A stretch of DNA of 53,403 nucleotides, counting the filler, from Mitosporidium daphniae (lineage: Eukaryota), in assembly GCF_000760515.2 (NCBI RefSeq). It is 2 parts of 2 records of this genome, joined end to end, with 100 filler letters (N's around TTAATTAATTAA, not from the genome) between each part and the next. Parts side by side here need not be neighbours in the genome. Positions count along the whole stretch, not along the records: positions 1 to 26,690 come from NW_013546157.1; 1 more part is not named here. One strand, given 5' to 3'. Below, piece by piece: positions 13,838-24,623 of this stretch. The stretch's first letter is position 1. The number at the start of each line of letters is the position of its first letter. The position numbers and the translations under genes are program-made. The notes below the pieces were generated by a model that was not told the DNA's origin, did not search any database, and saw only the letters and a list, made by a program, of their open reading frames with translations.

Positions 13838-16053
13838 TTAAATTACATTGAAAGGGAGCTCCACCATCTTTGATCTCTCTTGTAGCGACACAGCTCCGAC
13901 TTGATGGAGGAGAGATGATGCGAAGGGAGCTGTGCTACCAAATTTAAATAAGTATTGAGACCTAGAAAATATGATTACCACCTTACTTTCGCGCCCCGGA
14001 TTTTTTATACATGAAATTAGTGTGGCAAATATATGTTTTTCCGGCAATTTTCTTCTCTTTTTTTTAATAGAAGACGTGTTGCTAAGTTTTGAGATACTCT
14101 TGTATGGATTGTCAAATATGAAATAAGATTCCATGGCCTCCGTATCAGGGGTCTCGGGAATATAATATGGATTTCTAAGCCTTGGTGTTGATTTCATTTC
14201 ATTTTCATATAACCCCATTTTCTGGATATTCATATGTTTTCGCTGACGATCTACAAAATTTGATGGCATATGTTACCTTGCAGTATTTCATCAATTGGGA
14301 GTCTTTGACCTTTGTCAATAGACTCCGCTATGATATCAGCAAAAATGCTCGTTGCGCTCTGAAGGAAGCTAGAAGGTACTTCAAGAAGGTCACTAAGGGA
14401 CTCGTTTTCCTTTAGTATTCCAGTTTTTAAGGATCTAAATATGGACAAATCTGGTGGTAGACATAGCCTTTCGGTGTCCGAAAGAAGAGTTCTGGTCTGT
14501 TTATATTGCGAGTTTACTTGTAGTAACTCTTTGGTTGCCTTTTCTTTGGCGATAGTTGCGTCTGAATTGGTACTTTTAGGATTTATCGCTGCTGGCCGAT
14601 ATTTTTGAATAAACTCTGCCAGACCCATTCCAGTGAAAGTCATAACAAGAGGATAATGGAGATATGGCGGTAATTTGGTCTCAAAAAAGTCGCAGATTCT
14701 TGCCTCCGTTTGAATCTTGTTGTGTGTCTCCTTGGACTCTATTATCAGGGAAATTACATCAAATAGATATAGGGGATAAATAGAGGCACTCCAAGCCCCA
14801 CGAAACCTTAGAACGCCAAAAGGAATTTCATCATATTTCTTCCTTCGCTTAACCCGATAAAAAATCAGATAATTGGAGCTAACATCAAGCTTTAAAAGGC
14901 TATTTGGATCTGCCTCCATAAAATAATTGTCACACGGAAATTCAGGCAGCAGGATGGGATCTTCAGACACAGGTCGAAGGGAGTATGATGGAATTTCACT
15001 TCTCTATCAAATAAAAATTGATTGGAGATACCTTTTTGGTATCTTTGGCATAATCTTCTGGAAAGGGCCACCTAGATTCTTTATCACTCTGCGTAATAAA
15101 GCGCACAGTTATCGAATGATATTTAGTTTCCGTGGCGGATGCAGTGGCATCGGCCATCCTTAGCCCCACCAAAATGCCCTTAGAAAGCATGTGTTTAGAA
15201 GAAGAAGAGAGACCAAATATCTGCTCCACATTAGACAGCACGTCTTTGACAGAACAACAATCATTGAAGATGATGGGCAGCAATTTCGATAGGTGTCCAG
15301 TGTTTGCTATTTTCTCCTTTCCAAAATTAAATATAACCAGCCTTTGATCCCACCTACAAGGTCCGTCATAGGGAAGCAACTGACTCGATGCGCTTGTTGG
15401 AATCGACCTGGTGATAAGCTGAGTATTTAGTGCTGCAAACGAGTTTGCATGCGATGATGTAAAAAGCAAAGTTACAAGTGGAATTCCAACTCCAGGCCAT
15501 CTGCCCCTTCCAAAAGTGGCTTCTTTTCCAGAGGCTATTCGAACCAGTTGAGTAAGATAGAAGGAATATGAAATGGACTCTTGAAGATGCTGCTGCTCTG
15601 AGTTTGTAGTGAAGTTCTTTTCGGTCCGTTTGAACTTTTTATTGGCCTTTTTTTTGCCAGGAGCCGTTGGAATGATTTTAGGCGTGGTGAGTTTTTTTAC
15701 GCATTCAAGAAACCCTTCAAAGCAAAACTTGTCTTCAGCCAATTTGCTCGCTATGTTTGGTAAAAAAGTATGCTCTGAAGGCATTTCAAAATGCACAAGA
15801 CGTCGAGCCTGGATCGATTGGCTAGTGGTGATCAAGCAAAATTTATCGCTCTCAATTGCGCGTTTAGTTCGGGATGCATGCTCATGCTCCTTCTGACGAT
15901 GCTACATTGATGTAGATGATAGTTTACCTTAACAAAATATTCTATGGCGGTTTTAACTATTTCTAAACTGGATAAAGTTGTTTTACATGATTGGGACTTT
16001 GCCAGTTGTGTTTTAGAAAGGCCATAGTCATCAATGATGAACTGAAAATACAT
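13838..16053 (-). CDS. INTS6: Integrator complex subunit 6 homolog (VWA domain), multi-exon
   Basis: After removing a 26-nt intron: FIIDD...SLEIVKTAIEYFVK..DKFCLIT; LQESISYSF..R..FGRGRWP; PCRWDQRL; WPFPEDY; LPEFPCDNYFME; PFGVLR; LPPYLHYPL; IQKMGLYE..RLR; FDNPYK, colinear with recalled INTS6 motifs. Confidence 0.8.
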
Positions 16054-16161
16054 AAATACACAAAAAGATGGCAAAATTAAAATGCGCTGAAATTTATTCC
16101 ACAACGTGGTCAATTGATTAATTGAAACTCTTTCACATTAAAAGTCTCCTCCAAAGCTTTG

Positions 16162-16240
16162 TTGCAAATTAAAATTTTATCATTAAAACTTTGTTGCAAA
16201 TTAAAAGCGCTTGCAAATTAAAAGCGCTTGCAAATTAAAA
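16162..16240. repeat. Four copies of TTGCAAATTAAAA in the INTS6/ZIP divergent intergenic region
   Basis: Copies at 16162, 16194, 16211 and 16228; the last three have a 17-bp period. Confidence 0.9.
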
Positions 16241-16334
16241 GCTTGCTTGTAAAGTATAAAGTGATTTGCTACGTTTTAAAACCAATAGACTTTTTATTCG
16301 TTATTTTTGCATTTGCATTATCCAGATCTTTTCG

Positions 16335-17486
16335 ATGGATGGTGCATTGGTGTGGGAGAAATGTCTGATGACAATTATCCTCTTTTTTGTTACTCTAATA
16401 TTTACATTTCTACCTTGGGTTTTGAAGAGCTCTAACTCCCCAAAATGGCGCACTTCCGTGTTGTCGCTTTGCACTTGTCTCGCTGGTGGTGTGATAGTTG
16501 GTTCTCTATTTTTCCATTTGATTCCAGAAACGTTGATCAATGTCCATTCGGTAAGCATTGCACCTGCTCATGGAAAATCCAATCCAATCGCTCATGATTG
16601 CAGGTTGCATGACCATTCACTCGGATGCTCCCACCATCAAGGCGCTGAATCACATTCCCACTCAGTTCACGACCATGCTGATGATTGCTGCGAAGAGCCT
16701 TTTCAATGGGGTTCTTTAGTATTTGGCCTTTCATTTTTCGGGCTTTTAGCCATTGATAGGTTGCTCTTGGCTCATCGCAATTGTGCCGAGCCCTCTTCAT
16801 CACCGATAAAGGAAAAATTAAAATCCAGTCCCAGCTCTGCGCATAAAGTTTGTTGCTCCTCAAAAAATGACAACCACAGCCACCATGCACCATCTTCAGT
16901 TCAAAGCCAGGCAGGTTTCGGCGAGCCATTGAAATCAACCCCAAATCAACCTTCCTCCTCTCAAGAGTGCCATAGTGTAAATGCCTTTGGAGGCTGTCAT
17001 GTCGAGGGATTAGAACAAGGGTCCTCAAAAGTGCAGTCGTTATTTTTTGTTTTGGCCCTTTCAGTTCACTCCTTTGTTGAGGGCCTAGCCGTGCAATCGA
17101 TATCAACGGCGCCTGCCATGTTTTCCTTTTGCATTTCACTTTTTTCGCACAAATGTTTGGAGGCTCTTGCCCTCGGCATTAGCGTGTATAAAGCCAAATT
17201 CTCCATCTCTCACTCGATCATTTTGGGATTTATTTACTCTTGCCTAACGCCACTTGGAATCCTGATTTCAATTGGACTGCAAGAGACCTCTATTTCCGGC
17301 CCTGTCCTTGCAGCGGTGGTAAATGGGCTTGCCGCCGGATCTTTTCTCTTTGTCGCCGTTATAGAAATGATAATCCCGGAACTGCACACCTATTCGTCAT
17401 CTACGCCAGCAAAGTTTCTTGTCCTGATTTGCGGATTTCTCGGAATGGCTGCTGTATCCCTTTTTCCCCACGCACATACCCATTGA
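16335..17486 (+). CDS. ZIP-family zinc/iron transporter
   Basis: LAGGV...HLIPE, His-rich loops, ALSVHSFVEGLA, HKCLEALALG, TPLG, GLAAGSFLFVA..E. Confidence 0.95.
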   Translation: MDGALVWEKCLMTIILFFVTLIFTFLPWVLKSSNSPKWRTSVLSLCTCLAGGVIVGSLFFHLIPETLINVHSVSIAPAHGKSNPIAHDCRLHDHSLGCSHHQGAESHSHSVHDHADDCCEEPFQWGSLVFGLSFFGLLAIDRLLLAHRNCAEPSSSPIKEKLKSSPSSAHKVCCSSKNDNHSHHAPSSVQSQAGFGEPLKSTPNQPSSSQECHSVNAFGGCHVEGLEQGSSKVQSLFFVLALSVHSFVEGLAVQSISTAPAMFSFCISLFSHKCLEALALGISVYKAKFSISHSIILGFIYSCLTPLGILISIGLQETSISGPVLAAVVNGLAAGSFLFVAVIEMIIPELHTYSSSTPAKFLVLICGFLGMAAVSLFPHAHTH

Positions 17487-17567
17487 TTTTTAAAGATAAA
17501 TTAAACCGCTTCAAAATTTAACCGCCTGCCCTGAAATACCGTTCTTTTAGGTGCTTTTAATAATAAT

Positions 17568-18539
<972 letters not shown>

Positions 18540-18590
18540 CGGCAAAATTAATGTTTAAACATTGTGCTGTTTTTAAATTTAGAAATTCTC

Positions 18591-19019
18591 ATGCCTTTAG
18601 AAGCATGGATCTATTTGCTCTCCCTCATTTTGGCGGCGCTTTTGCTGTTTGCAATGGTCTTTTTTGTAAGCGTTCTTTTTACAATGTAGATAATTTTATT
18701 TTCCGATTTGGAATGTGACTATGTAAACCCAATAGATCTTTGTACAAATTTGAATCAGTTCGTAATCCCGGAATACCTTATACATGCACTTTGCTCAATC
18801 TCGCTCTTCATGACCGGATCGATCTTTGCGTCTGCCTGGAACATTCCACTGCTCTCATTTCACGCATACAGAATCTATACTAGAACGGCCTTTTTCGATG
18901 CTACCGAAATCTTCCATCTCCTAAACCGCCATAAACGAGAATCCTTCATCAAGCTTGGATTCTATCTCTTTTCCTTCTTCTTATATTTGTACAAGCTTAT
19001 AGCTTCTATCATTAAATAG
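18591..19019 (+). CDS. ERV14: Cornichon family ER cargo receptor
   Basis: 24-nt intron at 18666-18689; FSDLECDYVNPIDLC..LN..PEY..DATEIF..KLGFYL. Confidence 0.95.
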
Positions 19020-19198
19020 ATTCCCACAAAAATAGGAGGCTTATCTTTTAATAAAACAGCTAAATTTACAGCCTTATCTGACAAATCAGGGAACGGGGAG
19101 GAGGGTGTGATTTCACAAGTAGTTTCATCACATACCGATGAACGGGACATGATCCGTTTATTTGCATAATTGTCTTCTCCACAATCAAGGGATCGGAA

Positions 19199-20072
19199 TT
19201 ATTCGGCGGTATCCATCACAGTTATTTGGTGAAGCGCATTTGGGTGGTCGTTTTCGGATGATACGATTTCCTCGTCATCCCCTAGCCCGTCAGATAGCTC
19301 GTTGTCTGTTTGCGAAATATCCTCTTCGTCAGATCCTGAAATTTCATCATCGTCCCCGTTGTCGATACTGTTGTCACTCTCTTCTAAATCGCTGTCGGAA
19401 TATTCAAAATTAGAAGGCTCTTTAATTGCAAGCAACTCCTCTGGGATTTCGAAAAGCTCGTTCCCAACGGCCTTTGATTGCGCAATTTTGGCGGCATCCC
19501 AAATAATATTAAACCTCGTCACTCGCGGCTTGTCTTCGATTATTTTTCTTCTTAGCAGGGAGATGTTGATGGGGGCATCATCTGGCATCACTTCCTTGAG
19601 AAATTCATCATTAAAGTCGGTATCCACGTAATACCCAATTCTGATAAACTCTTGCTCAACATAGGAGCAAGTGAGGAGCAATACAGTCACACCCCGTATC
19701 TCATGCTGTGGGATTAGTTCGGGACGCGGAGAATCCGTCTCAAACAGAAACCGATTAACACCAACGGGAACAGGGCCAACCATGATTGAATCGAGGACCT
19801 GATCATATTTTGCGCTTTCAGCGGACCCAACATAAATGAGCTTCCAATTCAAATCTAAATTAAAGTTTAAATCGGAGACAAAATATGGTAAAATAAAAGA
19901 CATCAAATCAGCATGCTCATCAGATGTATGTACGCAGCATGAGAAGAGCAAATTACAACCTACCTTCGTCTAAAGGGCACAGGCATTCAAATGTGATTTC
20001 AAACCGAAGAGGATCGGTAAAAGCAGCCAAATTATTTAAAATTTTTACATTTAAAATATTAACAGATGCCAT
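19199..20072 (-). CDS. ASF1: Histone chaperone Asf1
   Basis: FEITFECL, WKLIYVGSAES..DQVLDS..VGPVPVG, GVTVLLLTCSY..EFIRIGYYV, PRVTRFNI.WD, acidic tail; 109-nt intron at 19855-19963. Confidence 0.97.
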
Positions 20073-20171
20073 TCGTGTAGCTTGTTGATGTCCCTCAAAC
20101 CAAAGGCAACCGTGATATCAATGCAAAAATAGGAGAAAATTAGCAATCTTCAAAAAATTAATTTAAAATTA

Positions 20172-21848
20172 ATGCAAAGTGTTGATTGGACTAAACTTTC
20201 TCCTCTTTCGGACGACGAAATTGCCATCCACTTGGCAAAAATTGATGCAAAAATCACAAGCTCATCAGAACCACTTTCCCTGATAGCCCAAGTGCCGTTT
20301 GCGGAGCTTTTTTCGGAGTTACTCTCTGGAAGGTCTTCAAGTGCAACCAGAGCCATTCATTCTTTACTGTTCAGTATTTTTTCTCTTATCGATACGGAAG
20401 CCTTTATCACTGATCACAAGGTACCGGCGCCAAATTGATAGTAGACATACATTTGCACAGGAATATCCCTATTGCCTACTCATCGTGAGGCTCTTGAGCC
20501 GATCTTATCAAGGCTATTATGCGCAACGAAAGTATGAACGAATGGCCCATAATTAACGTTAGAACATTGACATTGTTAACGAGATGTTTTTATTGCTGGC
20601 CTCGCCGGCAATTTCCGTTTTTTGTTTCCTTAAGCAATGCATCTTGAAGGTTTTTGTAGGTTTTATAAAGTAGACCTTCAATTCGGGCGATTTTCTGCCC
20701 TATCTGCTATCAGAAGATAACAAGTTCCTCACTTATGCGTATCTTTCAACGTATGCGTTTAAATGGGTAACATTTAGGCTTCAAGATGTCAGTGTTTTAT
20801 TGAGATATTTGGAGGTGTCCCTTGAGCTTTCTTCGGCTAAATATTCGATTTTCGTTACAGGACAGCTGCAATTTTCGGCACTGCTTAGTAATGCCATCGT
20901 ATTGGCAAATGAAGACATCTTACTTTCTCTAAATATCATCGAGCTTTGCACGCAGGTACCGTTGTGTTATGTTATCCGGGGTTTCTTGGCTTAGTTTATT
21001 AATGTTTACCGGCCCTCTGAATTATCAGAAACGCTCGTTGACAATGTGTTTGCGTTGGCCAACCCACAAAAAGAGGCGTTCTCGCTATTGCTTCCTACAC
21101 TTTTCAGCTTTATGTCAAATTATTGCGTCCTTTGCCAGAATGATAGGGTAGGGCATCCACATTGATGCATTCAATAGGGCAATCTATTGAGGCAACTAGA
21201 CGAAAAGCACCATTTTATTGCTGTGATTTACAGGCAAGTGTATTCTGAGGATGTCAGCATTGTGGTAAGCATTTTGTCATTACATGACATATGAACAGAG
21301 TTCAGCTGTCATTGCTTTTGCCCCATTGCTTGGGTTGGAAATTACCAAAACCCTTGCCAACGATTTCATTGAATTTCTGCTGGATTACCACGGCAGGCAG
21401 CTTGCTGTCCAAATTGCTTGCCTAAATGCTATGATTCTGGTTTTAAAATCCACATATCCGCTCAATGACACCATATGCATTCGAATGTTGAAGGCCGTTT
21501 TCCCAAGGTGCTCCCATCCTGATTTGGAGGATGCAGCCTATAAAGTGATAGCACTGCTCCTTTCCAACCCTGTTGCTTTAAAGGTATTTTATGGGATGTC
21601 AAAATCTAGGCATCAATTGGCGAAGGCTACTGGGTTACCCTCTTGAGAAGAGAGACGGTCTCATACCACGCTCTGATTAACAGGTTTAAGCAATTTGTAA
21701 CGGCCTTAGATATTCGATTGTTGAGATGATTTTGTCGAGCACAATTTTGGCAAGCGTTTTTGACGACGAATTAAGAGCAAAGCTAAGCGAGTACAAATCG
21801 AAGGGAATTGCCTACGCGCCAGCCACCGCACAAATTGCAATCGAATAA
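20172..21848 (+). CDS. PSMD5: 26S proteasome assembly chaperone PSMD5/Hsm3-like (ARM repeats), many introns
   Basis: EDILLSLNIIELC motif and C-terminus LSEYKSKGIAYAPATAQIAIE* resemble PSMD5. Confidence 0.55.
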
Positions 21849-21941
21849 GATTGGGAATATTAAAAGCAAAATGTAAATAGTTTCCATTTGGATCTGTAAG
21901 ATATCAGTAATCACGCACCAATGATCCTTTAATTCTTCTGA

Positions 21942-23107
21942 ATGTTTAGCGAGGACAGCGAGTTTATCATCACACAACCACACCGTGAAAACGAGCATCT
22001 TGATGAGGATCTATATCCATACAACTCAGATGGCTCCGTAAATTTTAATGGCCATAAAAGGGGGGAAAGAGCGTCCATTATTTCAATTTTGCTAAAAAAA
22101 CTTTTCCCCCCCGAAAATGGCCAAGTGGCATCTCTGTCCGATGAGGTTTTGGAATATAAAAAGCGCATAAGTCAGTCAAAACAAAAGCTTGAAACTTTCT
22201 TTGGCCTTCCCACACCAATAGATGTAAATATAATAGAAATAGAGGCTCACGGATTGAAGGCCCTGCTGCAAAGTAGGGTCCCCATGTGCTATTTTATGTA
22301 CTCTATGCTGGAAGATTATTCTGTTGAAAACTTGGTAAGAAAGATTTTCGTCGTTATAAATCCAAGTTTTTTATCTTAGAAGTTGAGCAGTTCGAATGCA
22401 CAGTATTTAACTCCACAAAGATGAAGAAAAGAGTAGCCATGGGCCTGTATACCACCTTTGTTAAAAATGGCGCAGATTTTGAAGTAAATTTGGATGAGAA
22501 AAACAAGACGGGCATCATAGAAAAGATCAGCAAGGGGGACCAATATTGCTTCTCTGGTGCAAAGGAGCATATTCTGAAACTAATCGAGCCGAAGGTCCAG
22601 CTTTTTAAAAACAGCTATGTTTTTGAGAAAATGAGGAAGGAACTAGGTAAAGGTCTAACCCCTCTGATGTAATTAGGATACACCAGCATTTACAAAAAAT
22701 CGGCACGAAACGCGGCCGTCCGTATCTTGTTAAGGAATCTTGATGAAAATTTGCCCACAAAAAGCTCGTATACAAAAACCAGTAAAAAGGGCGGTAAAAA
22801 AAACAATGAAAATTCTGCTCACATTGAAGATATCAAGGGGTATTCCCAAAAAAGGAATCACAAGATCCGAGGCATGATTCATGCATTCTGCATTATTCGT
22901 CTGGGCGTTGATTTCATCGATAGGAACTACAGAGTATCTTCCGAGCTGGATAGATCCTCCTCAAACACCAGAAATAGATTCTCCACCAGAATTTCTCAGT
23001 TTGATCTAAATGAAAAAAGAGGAGTTATCGATTTGATTGATTTTGACGAGGACAACAACCAGGACCCGGATCCTTTTGAACTGTACCTGGAAACGTTGAA
23101 GACATAA
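21942..23107 (+). CDS. RGS-domain protein, multi-exon
   Basis: YFMYSMLEDYSVENL, IY..F...GADFEVNLD, F..AKEHILKL are RGS helices. Confidence 0.75.
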
Positions 23108-23410
23108 ACCGGCGCCCATTTAACGGCATTAAAAATAGAAGAATATCAATAAGCCGGTGTGTGTCAACGGATAACATCTCGAATTTAATGGGTACCACCG
23201 ATCGCAGTTAAAAATATATAAATCCCCTGTCAAAATTGGTAATAACATAACTTGATTTCTCCAACAAGACTTTGATTCGATGCCTCGCTTTTTGGCTAGA
23301 TGCATTGATCTAAACACCAGTGCTGGAGGCTAAATTAAACTTTATTCTCTTTGCCCCGCATCACTGATAATGTGTAGAGAAATGTTTGAATGGTTGCGTT
23401 GGCATGCTTG

Positions 23411-23677
23411 CTATTTGTGCATAAAATCGGCATCCATTTCCTCGGGTGCAAAGCCAATAGACGTTAGTGGCTCTTTTTCCATCAACTCGTTATTCATTCG
23501 ACATTCAAGATATTTCCGTGTAACGGGTCGACATGGGAGGGATTGGCCTCTGTGTTGGGAGAGGCATTTTAAATATTGTGTCAGCAGTGGCTTGCAATCG
23601 CCATCATGGTCCAAGGGGAACGATCCCTTCAGTGGCGGGATTTTGTTTTCCGGTGTGGAGTTCGATATTATTGGCAT
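23411..23677 (-). CDS. COX19: Cytochrome c oxidase assembly protein Cox19
   Basis: PPLKGSFPLDHDGDCK..YLKCL..CR..YLECRM..LM (twin CX9C); likely ATG at 23677. Confidence 0.95.
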   Translation of the reverse strand: MPIISNSTPENKIPPLKGSFPLDHDGDCKPLLTQYLKCLSQHRGQSLPCRPVTRKYLECRMNNELMEKEPLTSIGFAPEEMDADFMHK

Positions 23678-23700
23678 CGTTGAATTAAATTTTTTCAAAA

Positions 23701-24252
23701 ATGACACAAGAAACTGCCCGGTGTGGTTTATGTAAAAATGTCACCGATTGGATGAACTCTGTCAAGAAATCCACATTTGCCTTAAAGAAGCCAATAGGCA
23801 TCTCAGAAAGTACCGGTAAGGATCTTCCAGATCAATATGAACCGTTCCCCTCGCCACCGGATGCCGATCGGCTTGGAAGAGAGACATGGACCTTTTTACA
23901 TACCCTAGCGGCCTATTACCCCTCAAAGCCATCTTTGGACCACCAAATGAAAACACAGCAGTTCTTCTATCTACTTCCTTCGCTTTATCCATGCAACGTT
24001 TGTGCGGAACACTTGAAGGATGAGTTGCAAACAAACCCGCCCAAAGTGGACTCGAATGTCAACCTATCTAACTGGCTATGTGATATCCATAACGAAGTGA
24101 ACGGGCGATTGGGAAAGCCTATTTTTGACTGCTCCAAAGTTCTGGAACGGTGGAAAATCGGCGTGAGAGATCTTCTTCGGCAAGAATCGCTAAAAGAATC
24201 ATCTTTAAAAGAACCGGTCGAGCATTCACATATTTATTCTAGTAAACAATAG
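23701..24252 (+). CDS. ERV1: FAD-linked sulfhydryl oxidase Erv1/ALR
   Basis: N-terminal CGLC, LGRETWTFLHTLAAYYP, YPCNVCAEHL, WLCDIHNEVN.RLGKP.FDC..RW. Confidence 0.95.
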   Translation: MTQETARCGLCKNVTDWMNSVKKSTFALKKPIGISESTGKDLPDQYEPFPSPPDADRLGRETWTFLHTLAAYYPSKPSLDHQMKTQQFFYLLPSLYPCNVCAEHLKDELQTNPPKVDSNVNLSNWLCDIHNEVNGRLGKPIFDCSKVLERWKIGVRDLLRQESLKESSLKEPVEHSHIYSSKQ

Positions 24253-24538
24253 GAGGCCGAACTCTGATGCGTCTCTCTTCAACCTTTAAGTATAGCGATT
24301 TCCTCCTGTTCCGAAATAAAATCTTCTCAAAGATAAAATAGAGCAAAACAGAGATCGCAATCACTCCAAGAAGGAGAAGCAGCCAAGTAAACATATCGAC
24401 CATCTCGCCTTCTTCGACCGGTGGAAAATAAAGAGTTGAGCCGTCCATAGGGTTAATGTCATTTGATTTGTTATAAAAGTAAGATAGATCATCATCTGAA
24501 ATTGCAGAGAAATTGGTAACTGGTATTGCGTCGATCAT
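24239..24538 (-). CDS. Small single-pass membrane protein
   Basis: Hydrophobic FTWLLLLLGVIAISVLLYFIF followed by a basic stretch; overlaps the ERV1 3' end by 14 bp. Confidence 0.55.
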   Translation of the reverse strand: MIDAIPVTNFSAISDDDLSYFYNKSNDINPMDGSTLYFPPVEEGEMVDMFTWLLLLLGVIAISVLLYFIFEKILFRNRRKSLYLKVEERRIRVRPPIVY

Positions 24539-24623
24539 AAAAAGTTTGCCTAATCATAAGCAGATTACGAAAATGGAAGACATTAAAATCTACAACAATG
24601 AAAAGTTTATTGCCAAAAAATAG

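Noticed and set aside
13838..16113. RNase P/MRP Pop1 similarity (RRSMSMHP)
   Set aside because: That peptide is read out of frame after an intron; the spliced frame matches INTS6 motifs instead
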